Positions 1 through 8,834 of a stretch of 32,000 nucleotides of DNA are shown here, piece after piece. Every line of letters starts with the position of its first letter. Within the stretch, counting starts at the first letter, position 1. Position numbers and translations under genes: made by a program. The notes under the pieces were generated by a model that saw only the letters and a list, made by a program, of their open reading frames with translations, was not told the origin of the DNA and did not search any database. Source of the stretch: Pyrobaculum aerophilum str. IM2 (lineage in GTDB: Archaea > Thermoproteota > Thermoprotei > Thermoproteales > Thermoproteaceae); assembly GCF_000007225.1 (NCBI RefSeq), contig NC_003364.1, positions 1,050,001 to 1,082,000 on the forward strand, read 5' to 3'.

Positions 1-448
1 CACAGTGGCCTTTCTCACCTCCATGACATATTTATACGGCATGGCCGCGGCGGGAGGCGCCTCTTTACTGCTCCTCTTATTATTCGCCTCTTCTCTCGTG
101 GCGAACTTGGGAAGGGAGTTTGTAAAAACGGCGATGGACTACGAAGGGGATATGAAGGCCGGTGTGAGAACTCTGGCAGTATGTGTGGGACCCGGCAAGG
201 CGGCCGCCCTGGGGGCTTGGATCACCGCGGCGTCTACTGCTTTCGGCTTTTGGCTGGCCTATGCGGCCCTCTCCGGCGGTTTTTACCTCTTGGCACTAGG
301 CGCCGCGGCGACAAGCATTGCGTTGATTTACTTCGCCGTACTGGCGCTGAGGGGTCTGTGGCAGAAGTACCGCAACGGCACCCTACTGGCCTTCGGAGTG
401 ACTCTTGTGGCGCTGGTAGCAGAGGCGGTATGGCGACTGTCCTCATAG
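1..448 (+). CDS. UbiA-family prenyltransferase (DGGGP synthase-like), C-terminal part; 5' end outside window
   Basis: Frame is open to the left edge. Sequence is polytopic and hydrophobic. Asp-rich motif MDYEGDMKAG resembles the second UbiA motif. The 3' end overlaps the next gene start. Confidence 0.7.
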   Translation, partial: TVAFLTSMTYLYGMAAAGGASLLLLLLFASSLVANLGREFVKTAMDYEGDMKAGVRTLAVCVGPGKAAALGAWITAASTAFGFWLAYAALSGGFYLLALGAAATSIALIYFAVLALRGLWQKYRNGTLLAFGVTLVALVAEAVWRLSS

Positions 449-1113
449 ACCTCGATGGAACTTTACTGCCGCTAAAGGCCTGGAACCCAGTCTTTGCGGA
501 GATATCGGCAATTATCGCCAAGAGGGCAGGGGCGGCGCCAGAAGAGGTTTGGATGAGAGTTAGGGAGAAGAACTTGGCCTTGATGAGGAGGCTGGACTGG
601 CGCGCGTTTGACTGGCAACAGCTATTCACATCAGCGGCCGCCGAGTTGGGGGTGCGGGAGGTGCCGGACGTTGTGGAGGTTTTGCACAGACACTTGCCAA
701 GCTTCCGCCTAAATGACGGAGCTATAGAGGCCTTGGCAGAGCTCAGGGAAATGGGCTTTAGAGTAGAAATCGCCACAAACGGACACGCGTCGTATCAGCT
801 CCCAGTGATAAGACAACTGGGTCTAGACAGGCTTGTAGACGGAGTAAGGACTTCAGATGCCTATAAGTGCGCTAAGACGTGCCCCGAGTTTTTCCACAAC
901 GCCCAGGTGATGATAGGCGACAACCCGGTCTTTGACGTCTACTTCCCCAAGCGGTACGGCCTCAGGGCTATTTTCTTCGGCGACTGGTCTAAAGAGGCGC
1001 CTGAGTATTCAAGACGCCTCTCAATCCCAGCGGAATCTACGCCTCCCGACGAGGTGATTAGGACTCTGAAAGAGGCGCCAGAGGCTGTAAAGAGAGTAAT
1101 GGGCAAAACCTAG
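430..1113 (+). CDS. HAD-superfamily hydrolase
   Basis: ATG at 430 gives MATVLIDLDGTLL (HAD motif I DxDGT). EIATNGH fits motif II and MIGDNPVFD fits motifs III/IV. The longer ORF from 181 only overlaps the UbiA gene out of frame. Confidence 0.8.
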   Translation: MATVLIDLDGTLLPLKAWNPVFAEISAIIAKRAGAAPEEVWMRVREKNLALMRRLDWRAFDWQQLFTSAAAELGVREVPDVVEVLHRHLPSFRLNDGAIEALAELREMGFRVEIATNGHASYQLPVIRQLGLDRLVDGVRTSDAYKCAKTCPEFFHNAQVMIGDNPVFDVYFPKRYGLRAIFFGDWSKEAPEYSRRLSIPAESTPPDEVIRTLKEAPEAVKRVMGKT

Positions 1114-1574
1114 CTTTTAGGCAGGCACCAAAGGCCCCTCTCCTTCTGGACGAAACCCCGCTTTCGAAGCATTACGCTGTTTAAGTTCTTTCCATAGTAT
1201 TTTCTAATCTCGGCAAATGTCAAGCAGCCGTCTGGCCTTTTGTTGGCCTCTCTAATAACAGCCTCCCAGCCGCCGCCAACTTCGGCGCTGGCAATTTGTA
1301 TATGGCGCAAGGCCTCTTTCACGGCCTTTTCTACCGAGTGCGCCACGCGCCTCTCCAAGTCTCCCACGTTGCGCGACAAAGCCTCCTCTACTATTTTGCC
1401 AACCCGCTCCTCTAAATTAAGCGATGCCATTACCTCCTCTACAATTTCCCTAATCCGTAGTTTACACGGCTGTTCTAAGAGTTTTATTATCACCTCGTCA
1501 AAGGGGGCGTCTGGCCTCGGGAGCAACCTCCTGAGCCGCTCTACCAGTGAGGGGTCGCGTATTTCTATGTGCAT
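1110..1574 (-). CDS. hypothetical protein, possibly DNA-binding
   Basis: ATG at 1574 lies about 25 nt downstream of TATA-like ctttatatag (minus strand, 1594-1603). The N-terminus HIEIRDPSLVERLRRL looks ribbon-helix-helix-like. The C-terminus LTFAEIRKYYGKNLNSVMLRKRGFV looks winged-helix-like. No firm family assignment. Confidence 0.5.
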   Translation of the reverse strand: MHIEIRDPSLVERLRRLLPRPDAPFDEVIIKLLEQPCKLRIREIVEEVMASLNLEERVGKIVEEALSRNVGDLERRVAHSVEKAVKEALRHIQIASAEVGGGWEAVIREANKRPDGCLTFAEIRKYYGKNLNSVMLRKRGFVQKERGLWCLPKS

Positions 1575-1626
1575 CGGCAAGAAGTATATAAAACTATATA
1601 AAGATTACGAGTGTAAAGAAGAGGGG

Positions 1627-2472
1627 TTACCCTTTTGTTTCTCCTGCCATTTTTTTCGCTAACGTGTAAATAACCGGTACTAACAACAATGCGGCGGCAA
1701 TGGCGATGCCCCATGCCACGTTTTGAATCACGTGTGCGGCTTGTGGGAAGTTGGCAAATATTGCACCTAGGCCTACCATTAAGAATATCAGATAAACTAA
1801 GAATTTGGCATACGGCGCAGCGCTGGCGAATTCTGGGTGATCTTCTATGATGTTCCTAACTACTGTGTGTCCTATGAATATGCCTGCACCTATAATCACA
1901 GTGCCGAGAATAAGCGGGTACACGAGAGGCCCGGTGAACAACATTAAGTCAAGCGCAATGGACACTATCAATGCGATGAGGCCGATGAGCAAGAGGTTGC
2001 GCAACATTTCGCCTATTTCAACGAACTGTTTGGGAAAGAGACCTGTCAGGAGTTTACCAATGTAGTCGGTTAAAAGCGCTACTAATATGAGACCAGCTGT
2101 GAGTAGTATTATACCGCCAATAAGTCTCGGCAGATACTCAGCAACTTGCGCTACCAATACGCCGGCCTCTCCCCCTATCCTCAGGTAACCTAATGCAACA
2201 ACAATACCTATAACTACAACAAATGCCGTAATTAGCATTCCAATTAGATTAGACAGATCTATTCCAGCTGCTCTAAAGGCCTTGCCCACGTCCGTCCTAT
2301 CAAACGCCTTCTCTAACCCAGTCCTCTCAATTAGCCTATTTACAGCCCTGCCTATCACCGAGCCTATTGCCCAAGCCACAAGAATTATTATTATTGCGAT
2401 AATGCCCTGTATGCCGTAGGCAATAATGTCGCGCAACAATTGCCCCCAATCTATTCCAAATTGTAGCAACAT
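1627..2472 (-). CDS. polytopic integral membrane protein, unknown function
   Basis: Multiple long hydrophobic segments. ATG at 2472 is about 25 nt downstream of TATA-like aatatttaaaaata (minus strand, 2491-2504). The track ORF begins at an upstream TTG (2487). Confidence 0.7.
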   Translation of the reverse strand: MLLQFGIDWGQLLRDIIAYGIQGIIAIIIILVAWAIGSVIGRAVNRLIERTGLEKAFDRTDVGKAFRAAGIDLSNLIGMLITAFVVVIGIVVALGYLRIGGEAGVLVAQVAEYLPRLIGGIILLTAGLILVALLTDYIGKLLTGLFPKQFVEIGEMLRNLLLIGLIALIVSIALDLMLFTGPLVYPLILGTVIIGAGIFIGHTVVRNIIEDHPEFASAAPYAKFLVYLIFLMVGLGAIFANFPQAAHVIQNVAWGIAIAAALLLVPVIYTLAKKMAGETKG

Positions 2473-2910
2473 AACCGTGCTCCACAATGGTATTTTTAAA
2501 TATTACGCAATTTAACTGGCCATATTAACAGTGTTAATGTCGAAAAATCGGTGTGTACAAGCCACTGTGTTAGCTTGCCCGAGCTAACACTGCGAAATTT
2601 AAATCGGCGAATGTCTTGTAGAACTGAGGGACGGATTAAGCTAACTAAAACTCTCCGACAATCGAAAATATCTAAAAATTATATAAATAGAATAGTTCTT
2701 TCTAATTCGATTAATAAAAATATGTTTAAATAAGTTGTATGAGAATTCTATTACAGAGTTTTGAACGTCTTATTAATGTTTTATAGATATATGTCTTAAT
2801 TGGTGTAAAAGGCGGCGTAGGGATAGAGCTGTCGCCCGCTCCGCTCTTGACGGTCAGTCCTCCGGCCGGCAGACGCCTTAATTTTTATTTACCTCTAGAG
2901 TATAATACTT

Positions 2911-4245
2911 GTGGAGTCAAAATTTATTGACAGAGAGGCTGAATTGCAGTGGCTAGAGGAGGCTTATAACTCCGCCTCGGCGCAGTTGCTCGTTTTATAC
3001 GGCAGGAGGAGGATAGGGAAGACGGCGTTGGCAGTGCGGTTTCTCAAGGGGAAGAGGGGGATTTACCATATGTGTACTTACGACTCCGTTGAGAAAAACG
3101 TGAAGGAGCTCTTGGGAAAGCTGGCAGATCTAACAGGGCTGGAATATCTCCGCCACTTAGAGCCGAGATTTGACGTATTTTTAGACGTCCTCGCCCGGGT
3201 CTCTGCGGGGGAGAGAGTGGCATTGGTGCTCGACGAGTTTCAATACCTCGTGGAGCTAGATCCCTCAATCCCCTCGGTATTGCAAAGAGCTTGGGATCTC
3301 TCTCTGTCTAAAACGAAAGTCTTTCTGCTCTTAGTGGGGTCAAGCGTGGGGATGATTGAGGAGAGGATTTTATCGCGCAAATCGCCCTTATACGGCAGGC
3401 GCACTGGGAGTTGGAAAATGGGCGAGTTGCCCCCAGGGAGGATACACGAACTACTCCCCGGCTGGGATCCCGTTGATGTGTTTAAGGCGTGGGCCGTAGT
3501 CGGAGGCGTGCCGTATTACCTATCTCTGTTTGACGCAAATAAGAGCCTTGAGGAGAATTTGTTGCGGCTTTTTAAAAAGGGAGGTCCCCTATACGAAGAG
3601 CCGGTGTTTTTATTAAGAGAGGAGTTGAGAGAGCCCCGTGTGTATGTGTCCATACTTGAGGCCATTGCCAGCGGGAGACATGCCTTGGGCGAAATAGCAG
3701 ACTGGGCCGGGCTGGATAGGAGCAAGGCGTCTAAGTATCTCTGGGTCCTCCAGCACCTGGAGATTGTGCGCCGAGAAGTCCCCGTGGGTAAGAAGAGGGG
3801 GCTATATTACATCTGGGACAACCTCTTCCGGTTTTGGTTCCGCTTTGTCTACCCAAACCTCTCCGCGTTAGAACAGGGGGATGTAAGGCCTTTGCAAGAC
3901 GGAGAAGCCCTCTCTCAATACTTCGGCGAGATGTTTGAAGAATTTATAAGGCGCCATTCGCCGTCTATATTCGGCGTGAGGCTGGGCAAGCTCATAAAAG
4001 GCGGCGTCGATATCGACTTGGCGGGGGAGATCCGCGGCTGTAGAATATACGGAGAGGTGAAATGGTCTGGGGATGTTGACGCAGAGGCCGTGGTGAGAGA
4101 TCTCATTAGAAAGGCGGAGGGAGACGTCTATATAGTAATTGCCAGGGGGTTTAAGAGGAGGACTGCCAACTCCTACACGCTTGAGGAAATTCTAGACGTC
4201 TTAAGGAGGGGCGGCAGGATAAGGCTTTGCGATGAGAAGACTTAA
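2911..4245 (+). CDS. archaeal AAA+ ATPase (Arch_ATPase / DUF234-type)
   Basis: Walker A GRRRIGKT and Walker B-like ALVLDEFQ. The C-terminal region has the winged-helix-like and DUF234-like layout typical of this abundant archaeal family. GTG start is 25 nt downstream of tttttattt. Confidence 0.8.
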   Translation: MESKFIDREAELQWLEEAYNSASAQLLVLYGRRRIGKTALAVRFLKGKRGIYHMCTYDSVEKNVKELLGKLADLTGLEYLRHLEPRFDVFLDVLARVSAGERVALVLDEFQYLVELDPSIPSVLQRAWDLSLSKTKVFLLLVGSSVGMIEERILSRKSPLYGRRTGSWKMGELPPGRIHELLPGWDPVDVFKAWAVVGGVPYYLSLFDANKSLEENLLRLFKKGGPLYEEPVFLLREELREPRVYVSILEAIASGRHALGEIADWAGLDRSKASKYLWVLQHLEIVRREVPVGKKRGLYYIWDNLFRFWFRFVYPNLSALEQGDVRPLQDGEALSQYFGEMFEEFIRRHSPSIFGVRLGKLIKGGVDIDLAGEIRGCRIYGEVKWSGDVDAEAVVRDLIRKAEGDVYIVIARGFKRRTANSYTLEEILDVLRRGGRIRLCDEKT

Positions 4246-4267
4246 GTCCCGCTGTTTTTAAAAAGCT

Positions 4268-4477
4268 GTGAGGCCTCCTGTAAAAGCCGTGTGGACGTCG
4301 AGGAGGAAGACGCCAGACGGCTACTATGTAGTGGTGCTGGGCTTATATGCAAAAGAGGCGCTGGGAGTGGAGGCAAAGCCCGCGGGCCGGTTTTACATAT
4401 ACAAAACCAAGTCGTGGCAAGAAGTCCTCCGCTTAATTAACAAGGCTAGAGAGCTCGGGCTAGACGTCAGGACGTGA
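4268..4477 (+). CDS. small hypothetical protein (69 aa)
   Basis: ORF only, GTG start, and a reasonable basic composition. There is no well-placed promoter of its own, so it may be co-transcribed with the ATPase. Confidence 0.35.
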   Translation: MRPPVKAVWTSRRKTPDGYYVVVLGLYAKEALGVEAKPAGRFYIYKTKSWQEVLRLINKARELGLDVRT

Positions 4478-4485
4478 CCAGGGCG

Positions 4486-5061
4486 TTAAGTCCCCCCTCT
4501 ATTGGCGAGGGCTTTTTTAATAAGCCTCGAGGCCTCCGCCTTGGTGAGGCACTCAACCTCTACGCCCAGCCTTCTGAGGAGCTCTAGCTGTCTCTCAGTG
4601 GCCAGCCACCTGGCGTACCTCTCGCGGAGATCTGGCCTCGACTTCAGAAAGTCGCAGTAAGCCCTCTTGGAGTAATAGTCGGCGCGGGAGTTCTCCTCCC
4701 GGGGAACCCACGATATGGAAAAGCGCCTAAACCCCCTGGACAGCTCCAGGGCCCTCTCGTGGAGGGGCTTCAAGTTCGGGGCCCTCACGGCGTACAGCCC
4801 CAGCATTTGCCTCACCACCAGCTGGCTGTCGCCGAAGGCCGAGACGCAGTCAAAACCCCCCGCGAGGGCCCACTCGAGGGCCTTTACAAGCCCCGCGTAC
4901 TCGGCGTAGTTATTCGTACACCACCGCTCGCCGAAACATACAACGCCGCCTTCGCCGTACGCCTCCCTCCCCTCGTCAAAGGCCGCAAAGCCGTAGGCGC
5001 CGATGCCGCCGGGGTTAACGGGCTCACAAGCCCCGTCAAAAAACAATTGAATACAACGCAT
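4486..5061 (-). CDS. rnhA: ribonuclease HI (type 1) with a C-terminal helical extension of about 55 aa
   Basis: Catalytic motifs FFDGAC (Asp), NNYAEYAGL (Glu), FGDSQLVV (Asp) and NSRADYYSK (Asp). TATA-like atatattttt lies about 25 nt upstream on the minus strand. Confidence 0.85.
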   Translation of the reverse strand: MRCIQLFFDGACEPVNPGGIGAYGFAAFDEGREAYGEGGVVCFGERWCTNNYAEYAGLVKALEWALAGGFDCVSAFGDSQLVVRQMLGLYAVRAPNLKPLHERALELSRGFRRFSISWVPREENSRADYYSKRAYCDFLKSRPDLRERYARWLATERQLELLRRLGVEVECLTKAEASRLIKKALANRGGT

Positions 5062-5156
5062 AGAAGACTGAGAACGTCAAAAATATATGTATCCCCGCCG
5101 GATTAAGTATCGGGCGGTAACCCCCTTTACGTCGCCGTTTACAATGGGGCAAAACA

Positions 5157-5166
5157 CTTAAAAATT
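5157..5166 (+). promoter_or_regulatory. TATA-like box for tRNA-Val
   Basis: cttaaaaatt is centred about 24 nt upstream of tRNA position 1. Confidence 0.55.
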
Positions 5167-5184
5167 GTAGTATTAAGCAGATAA

Positions 5185-5256
5185 GGGCCCGTAGTCTAGC
5201 GGTATGATGCCCGCCTCACGCGCGGGTGGTCCCGGGTTCAAATCCCGGCGGGCCCA
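5185..5256 (+). tRNA. tRNA-Val (anticodon CAC), no intron, CCA not encoded
   Basis: Hand-folded. Acceptor stem GGGCCCG/CGGGCCC. Anticodon stem CCCGC/GCGGG with loop CTCACGC. T-arm CCGGG-TTCAAAT-CCCGG. Discriminator A. Confidence 0.9.
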
Positions 5257-5843
5257 CCTTTCCCTCGCACTGTACACCGCATTCCTATTCACGTATTCGC
5301 TGGGGATCACACGCCTTTGCTGTCGTTAGCAAATCCCCTTTTGTCGCCAAATTATTAGCCACGTAATAGCCGTTTCTCTTGTTAAGCTTTTCTAGTTCAC
5401 CAAGTGCAGCCCAGATAAATTGACGCGGCTTGCTTCGACCCGCATTTCCGCCAGGTCCAGCGCCTACATCAACAAGCCGTCGTGGCGTATAGGTAATCGC
5501 ACAGCCGATTTTCCTAATGTCGTTAGTCCTAGCCGCACGCCTCGCGATTGGTTAATTACGCAAACACCGCTGTGATTGCCCTCACCGCGTTTTTAGTTGC
5601 GTTATTTACTGCACATGTACTGCACAGCGCCCTGGGCGTCGAGCCTTGGGACTCTTACTCGGCACGTTGATAGCCCCCCTCCTCGGGCCTTATTGCAACC
5701 GCCCTCCTCTCGCTTTCTAGAAAAACACGCGAGTACCTCGCCACGCCAGCCCCTTTTTCTAATGGCGACAGCATTAATAGAGGTGATTGTAATTCACATA
5801 CAGCTGTAAGGCGCTTCCTTGTTATTATCAGTTAAAATCGCGT

Positions 5844-6224
5844 TTATTGTATCGGAGACTGCACTTCTACCTCCACCTCAGGCGGGTCCTGGCTTCTGTC
5901 TACTTTTGTGTAGATCTCTCTGCTGGGCGTCCCCAGGGACTTGCCCTCTTTAAGCGCCCAGAATAAAAGCGTGGCGTATGCGTTGTCTACTTTCTCGGCG
6001 CTTCCGGAGAATTTAGTTGCGGCGACTGTGGCTGAGGGGAGCGTCTTGTCGCCGTTTGGGTCTGGGGTGAATATTTCAACAACCATGTCGTTTCCCTCTT
6101 TGCCGTGGAAAACTAATATCACGTTGGGCTTCAAGTCTCCCGTCAACGCGGCCCTGTTGGGAACTTTTTTAACCACGCTGAAGCCTCTTACCTCCTGCAC
6201 TTCTTTAATTTCGACCTTTGCCAT
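5844..6224 (-). CDS. GyrI-like / effector-binding-domain-like small protein
   Basis: 126 aa. The pattern resembles GyrI-like domains (…GTPSREIYTKVD…DPPEVEVEVQSPI at the C-terminus). It shares the bidirectional TATA at 6243-6250. Family call is by eye only. Confidence 0.5.
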   Translation of the reverse strand: MAKVEIKEVQEVRGFSVVKKVPNRAALTGDLKPNVILVFHGKEGNDMVVEIFTPDPNGDKTLPSATVAATKFSGSAEKVDNAYATLLFWALKEGKSLGTPSREIYTKVDRSQDPPEVEVEVQSPIQ

Positions 6225-6242
6225 AGGCGCGGATTAGCCCGG

Positions 6243-6250
6243 ATATATTA
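6243..6250. promoter_or_regulatory. shared bidirectional TATA box (atatatta)
   Basis: It lies about 24 nt from the minus-strand ATG at 6224 and about 22 nt from the plus-strand ATG at 6268. Confidence 0.5.
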
Positions 6251-6267
6251 ACTTATTGCCTTTTATA

Positions 6268-7020
6268 ATGCAACAAGCTGTTGGCATGTACGTAGAGGCC
6301 CCGACGCCCGACGAGGCAGCGCGTTTAATCAACTCGGGAAGGAAATTGGGGATTGTGATCGCAGTAGGCGTTTGTGAAGTGTTTTATACAGGCAGGGCGG
6401 CGGCGTCGCTAGGGCCTACCCGCCGCCTAGTAATCCTCAAGCGGGACGGCACGTTGTTAGTGCACGAGGCTGAGAAGGCCCAGCCAAAGATATGGAATCC
6501 GCCAGGTAGCTCCACTGCGGCATATGTAGAGGGGGGCAAGCTTGTCGTTAAAAGCATAAGGTCAAGGCCTTTTGAAACAGTGCGGGTAATTTTCGACAAA
6601 GTGGATTTCATCGCGGCTTTTGACGTGGGCGCAACTGAGTTGACGCTGGTGGGGAGCGAGCGGGACGTAGTGGGGGCGTTGGTTAAAAACCCCTCAATTA
6701 TTGAAGAGGGGCTTGAGGTAGTAGGGGTGGAGGTGCCGACAGACGTGGGGCATTTAGATATTCTGGCGCGTGATAAAAACGGGCGCTATGTAATAATTGA
6801 GGTTAAGAGAGATCTCGCGACCCATGAGGCGGTGTTTCAATTGGCTAGATACGTTGAGTTATACAGGAGGAAGGGATACGACGTGAGGGGGATATTAGTG
6901 GCTGGCGACATTACCGCCTCAGCATATGATTATTTGAAAAGATATGGATTGAATTTTGTAAAGATTAATCCGAGAGAATTGATGGTATTAACAAATAAAA
7001 ACCCATTAAATGCAAAATAG
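6268..7020 (+). CDS. nucS: endonuclease NucS / EndoMS
   Basis: C-terminal RecB-like nuclease motifs [21 protein letters not shown] and QLARY. Length and N-terminal domain are typical of NucS. Start chosen from TATA spacing; an alternative ATG is at 6286. Confidence 0.9.
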
Positions 7021-7198
7021 CTTCTCCAGCTTGTAAAGCGCTGAGTTTTTGAGTTACTTGTTATTATAAACGTTTATACATATTTTGTAAAAACTAATAT
7101 ATCATTTAATAGACACAATATAGATTTTACAAGATTGTTTAATTTGTTTTTCTTGTGCAGTAAGATAATATGTTAAAAATGTTAAGTGATTTTTAAAT

Positions 7199-7214
7199 AC
7201 GTATACGTATACGT
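7199..7214. promoter_or_regulatory. 16-nt perfect palindrome acgtatacgtatacgt between TATA and start codon
   Basis: Self-complementary as read. It sits between ttttaaata (7191-7199) and the GTG at 7217, an operator-like position. Confidence 0.4.
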
Positions 7215-7216
7215 CC

Positions 7217-7441
7217 GTGTACAGAGTGTTAATAAACAGAAATGAGGGTAGGATTTTGGTGACAGGGAAAGCAAGAGATTTAAAGTTGTTACACGAGGGC
7301 TGGGAGCTTCTCTTCGAGTCTTTCGACTGGGACGAGGCCTTTGAATACGCTATGAAAATCGCCAAGGATGAGGTTATCGAGTGGTATTACGACGAAGAGG
7401 TGAAAAAGAAATTTGTAAAAGGATTATCTATAGCGGCGTAG
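7217..7441 (+). CDS. small hypothetical protein (74 aa)
   Basis: GTG start 25 nt downstream of the TATA. Acidic helical composition (FDWDEAFEYAMKIAKDEVIEWYYDEE). The 3' end overlaps the convergent aminotransferase by 18 nt. Confidence 0.45.
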   Translation: MYRVLINRNEGRILVTGKARDLKLLHEGWELLFESFDWDEAFEYAMKIAKDEVIEWYYDEEVKKKFVKGLSIAA

Positions 7442-8770
7442 GATTTCGGTAATAAGGGCCGCGGCTCTAAGCGCCATGTCCCGGGGGATAACTAAGGGAG
7501 GCGCCACTCTCACTGTGGATATCCCGGCGCCTATCACCGCCACGCCGCGCTTAAAGGCCTTTAAGAGCACTTCGTCGAGATAACCGGCGGGTTTTTTCCT
7601 CTCGTCTAGTAGCTCAATGCCTATCATAAGCCCCAGCCCCCTCACGTCGTGTTTCTCGCCGACCTCGTCTTTAAAGAATTTCTTCAGCTCCTCCCCCAGC
7701 GTCTGGGCGTGGTGCAACAGCCCCTCTTCCTCTATTACTTCAATTGAGGCGAGTGCCGCGGCCGCCGCCACGGGGTTCCCTCCGAAGGTATTGGCGTGCG
7801 CGCCTCTGGGTAGCGACATGACCTCGGCCCTGCCTATAATTGCGCCGAGGGGGAGACCCGCGGCTATGGCCTTTGCCGTGGCGATTAGGTCGGGCTCTAC
7901 TCCGAAGTGTTCTACTGCAAACCACTTGCCCGTTCTGCCAAACCCCGTTTGCACCTCGTCGACGGCGAAGAGAATGCCGTGTTTTTGAGTGAGCTTTCTA
8001 AGGCCCTGGATGAAATTCTTAGGCGGAACGACGTAGCCCCCCTCGCCTTGAATCGGCTCTATAATCACGAGGGAGACCTCCGAGGGATCCACAAGCCTTT
8101 TAAATATCCAGTCTTCAATAAAGGCGAGGGCGTACTCGCCGCACTCCTCGGGGTCTGACGCCTTAAAGGGGCAGCGGACTGGGTGGGGATATGGGGCGTG
8201 TATGACGTTGGGCACCAGCGGCGAGAAGTGCCGCCTGTGGACTGGCTTAGACGCTGTTAGGCTCATAGAGCCGTAAGTCCTCCCGTGAAACGCGCCTAAA
8301 AACGCAATGACGTAGGGCCTCTGGCCTTTAAAATAGCCTCGGGCGATTTTCAACACGCCCTCAACTGACTCAGTGCCGCTGTTAGTGAAGAACACTTTTT
8401 TCCTCCCCGAGATGGGAGCTATAGACACAAGCCTCTCGGCCAGTTTCACGGCTATTTCGTAATAAAAATCTGTGAGCGAATAGTGAAGGAAGAGCTCTGC
8501 CTGTCTCTTAATGGCCTCAACTACTTTGGGGTGGGCGTGTCCCACGTTAGTCACGGCTATTCCAGAGTTAAAGTCAACGTAGAGATTGCCGTCGACGTCT
8601 TCAACGACCGGGCCGTAGCCCCGGGCGATGACAAGCGGATACCACCTGGCAAAGGACTGCATAATGAGCTCCTCATCTCTCTTCACAATCTCAAGGGCCT
8701 TGGGGCCCGGAGGCTCCACTACAATTTTCGGCACGTCGTCAGGGCTTATGGGCCAATGCCATTTAGGCAT
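7424..8770 (-). CDS. class-III PLP-dependent aminotransferase (4-aminobutyrate / acetylornithine aminotransferase family)
   Basis: Family motifs SGTESVEGVLKIAR, LVIIEPIQGEGG, DEVQTGFGRTGK and NTFGGNP. ATG at 8770 (MPKWHW) lies 24 nt downstream of tttatatata on the minus strand. The track ORF starts 11 codons earlier. Confidence 0.9.
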   Translation of the reverse strand: MPKWHWPISPDDVPKIVVEPPGPKALEIVKRDEELIMQSFARWYPLVIARGYGPVVEDVDGNLYVDFNSGIAVTNVGHAHPKVVEAIKRQAELFLHYSLTDFYYEIAVKLAERLVSIAPISGRKKVFFTNSGTESVEGVLKIARGYFKGQRPYVIAFLGAFHGRTYGSMSLTASKPVHRRHFSPLVPNVIHAPYPHPVRCPFKASDPEECGEYALAFIEDWIFKRLVDPSEVSLVIIEPIQGEGGYVVPPKNFIQGLRKLTQKHGILFAVDEVQTGFGRTGKWFAVEHFGVEPDLIATAKAIAAGLPLGAIIGRAEVMSLPRGAHANTFGGNPVAAAAALASIEVIEEEGLLHHAQTLGEELKKFFKDEVGEKHDVRGLGLMIGIELLDERKKPAGYLDEVLLKAFKRGVAVIGAGISTVRVAPPLVIPRDMALRAAALITEILRRYR

Positions 8771-8834
8771 AAGTAATCTAAAGTGGGCTATATATAAAGA
8801 CACATACTTAAAGACTGGACGTTGTAAAAAAGAG

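Noticed and set aside
181-429. Long N-terminal extension of the HAD hydrolase ORF (track ORF starts at 181).
   Set aside because: The extension overlaps the UbiA gene out of frame and is Arg/Gly-rich junk. The HAD motif I follows directly after the ATG at 430.
234-776. 180-aa minus-strand ORF antisense to the UbiA and HAD genes. Similar long antisense ORFs occur at 1240-1662, 7617-7988, 8483-8776, 16737-17066, 19038-19379, 20126-20488 and 27024-27491.
   Set aside because: These are shadow ORFs opposite well-supported genes. They have low-complexity Arg/Ser/Pro-rich translations typical of GC-rich antisense frames, and no promoters.
2551-2733. 60-aa ORF in the AT-rich spacer, and an 87-aa ORF at 7102-7365.
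   Set aside because: Both lie in AT-rich promoter spacers and have Lys/Asn/Ile-rich low-complexity translations. The second overlaps the better-supported 74-aa gene and its promoter.
5597-5809. 70-aa plus-strand ORF downstream of tRNA-Val.
   Set aside because: It has a TTG start, a Pro/Ser/Leu-rich composition, and no TATA at the right distance.
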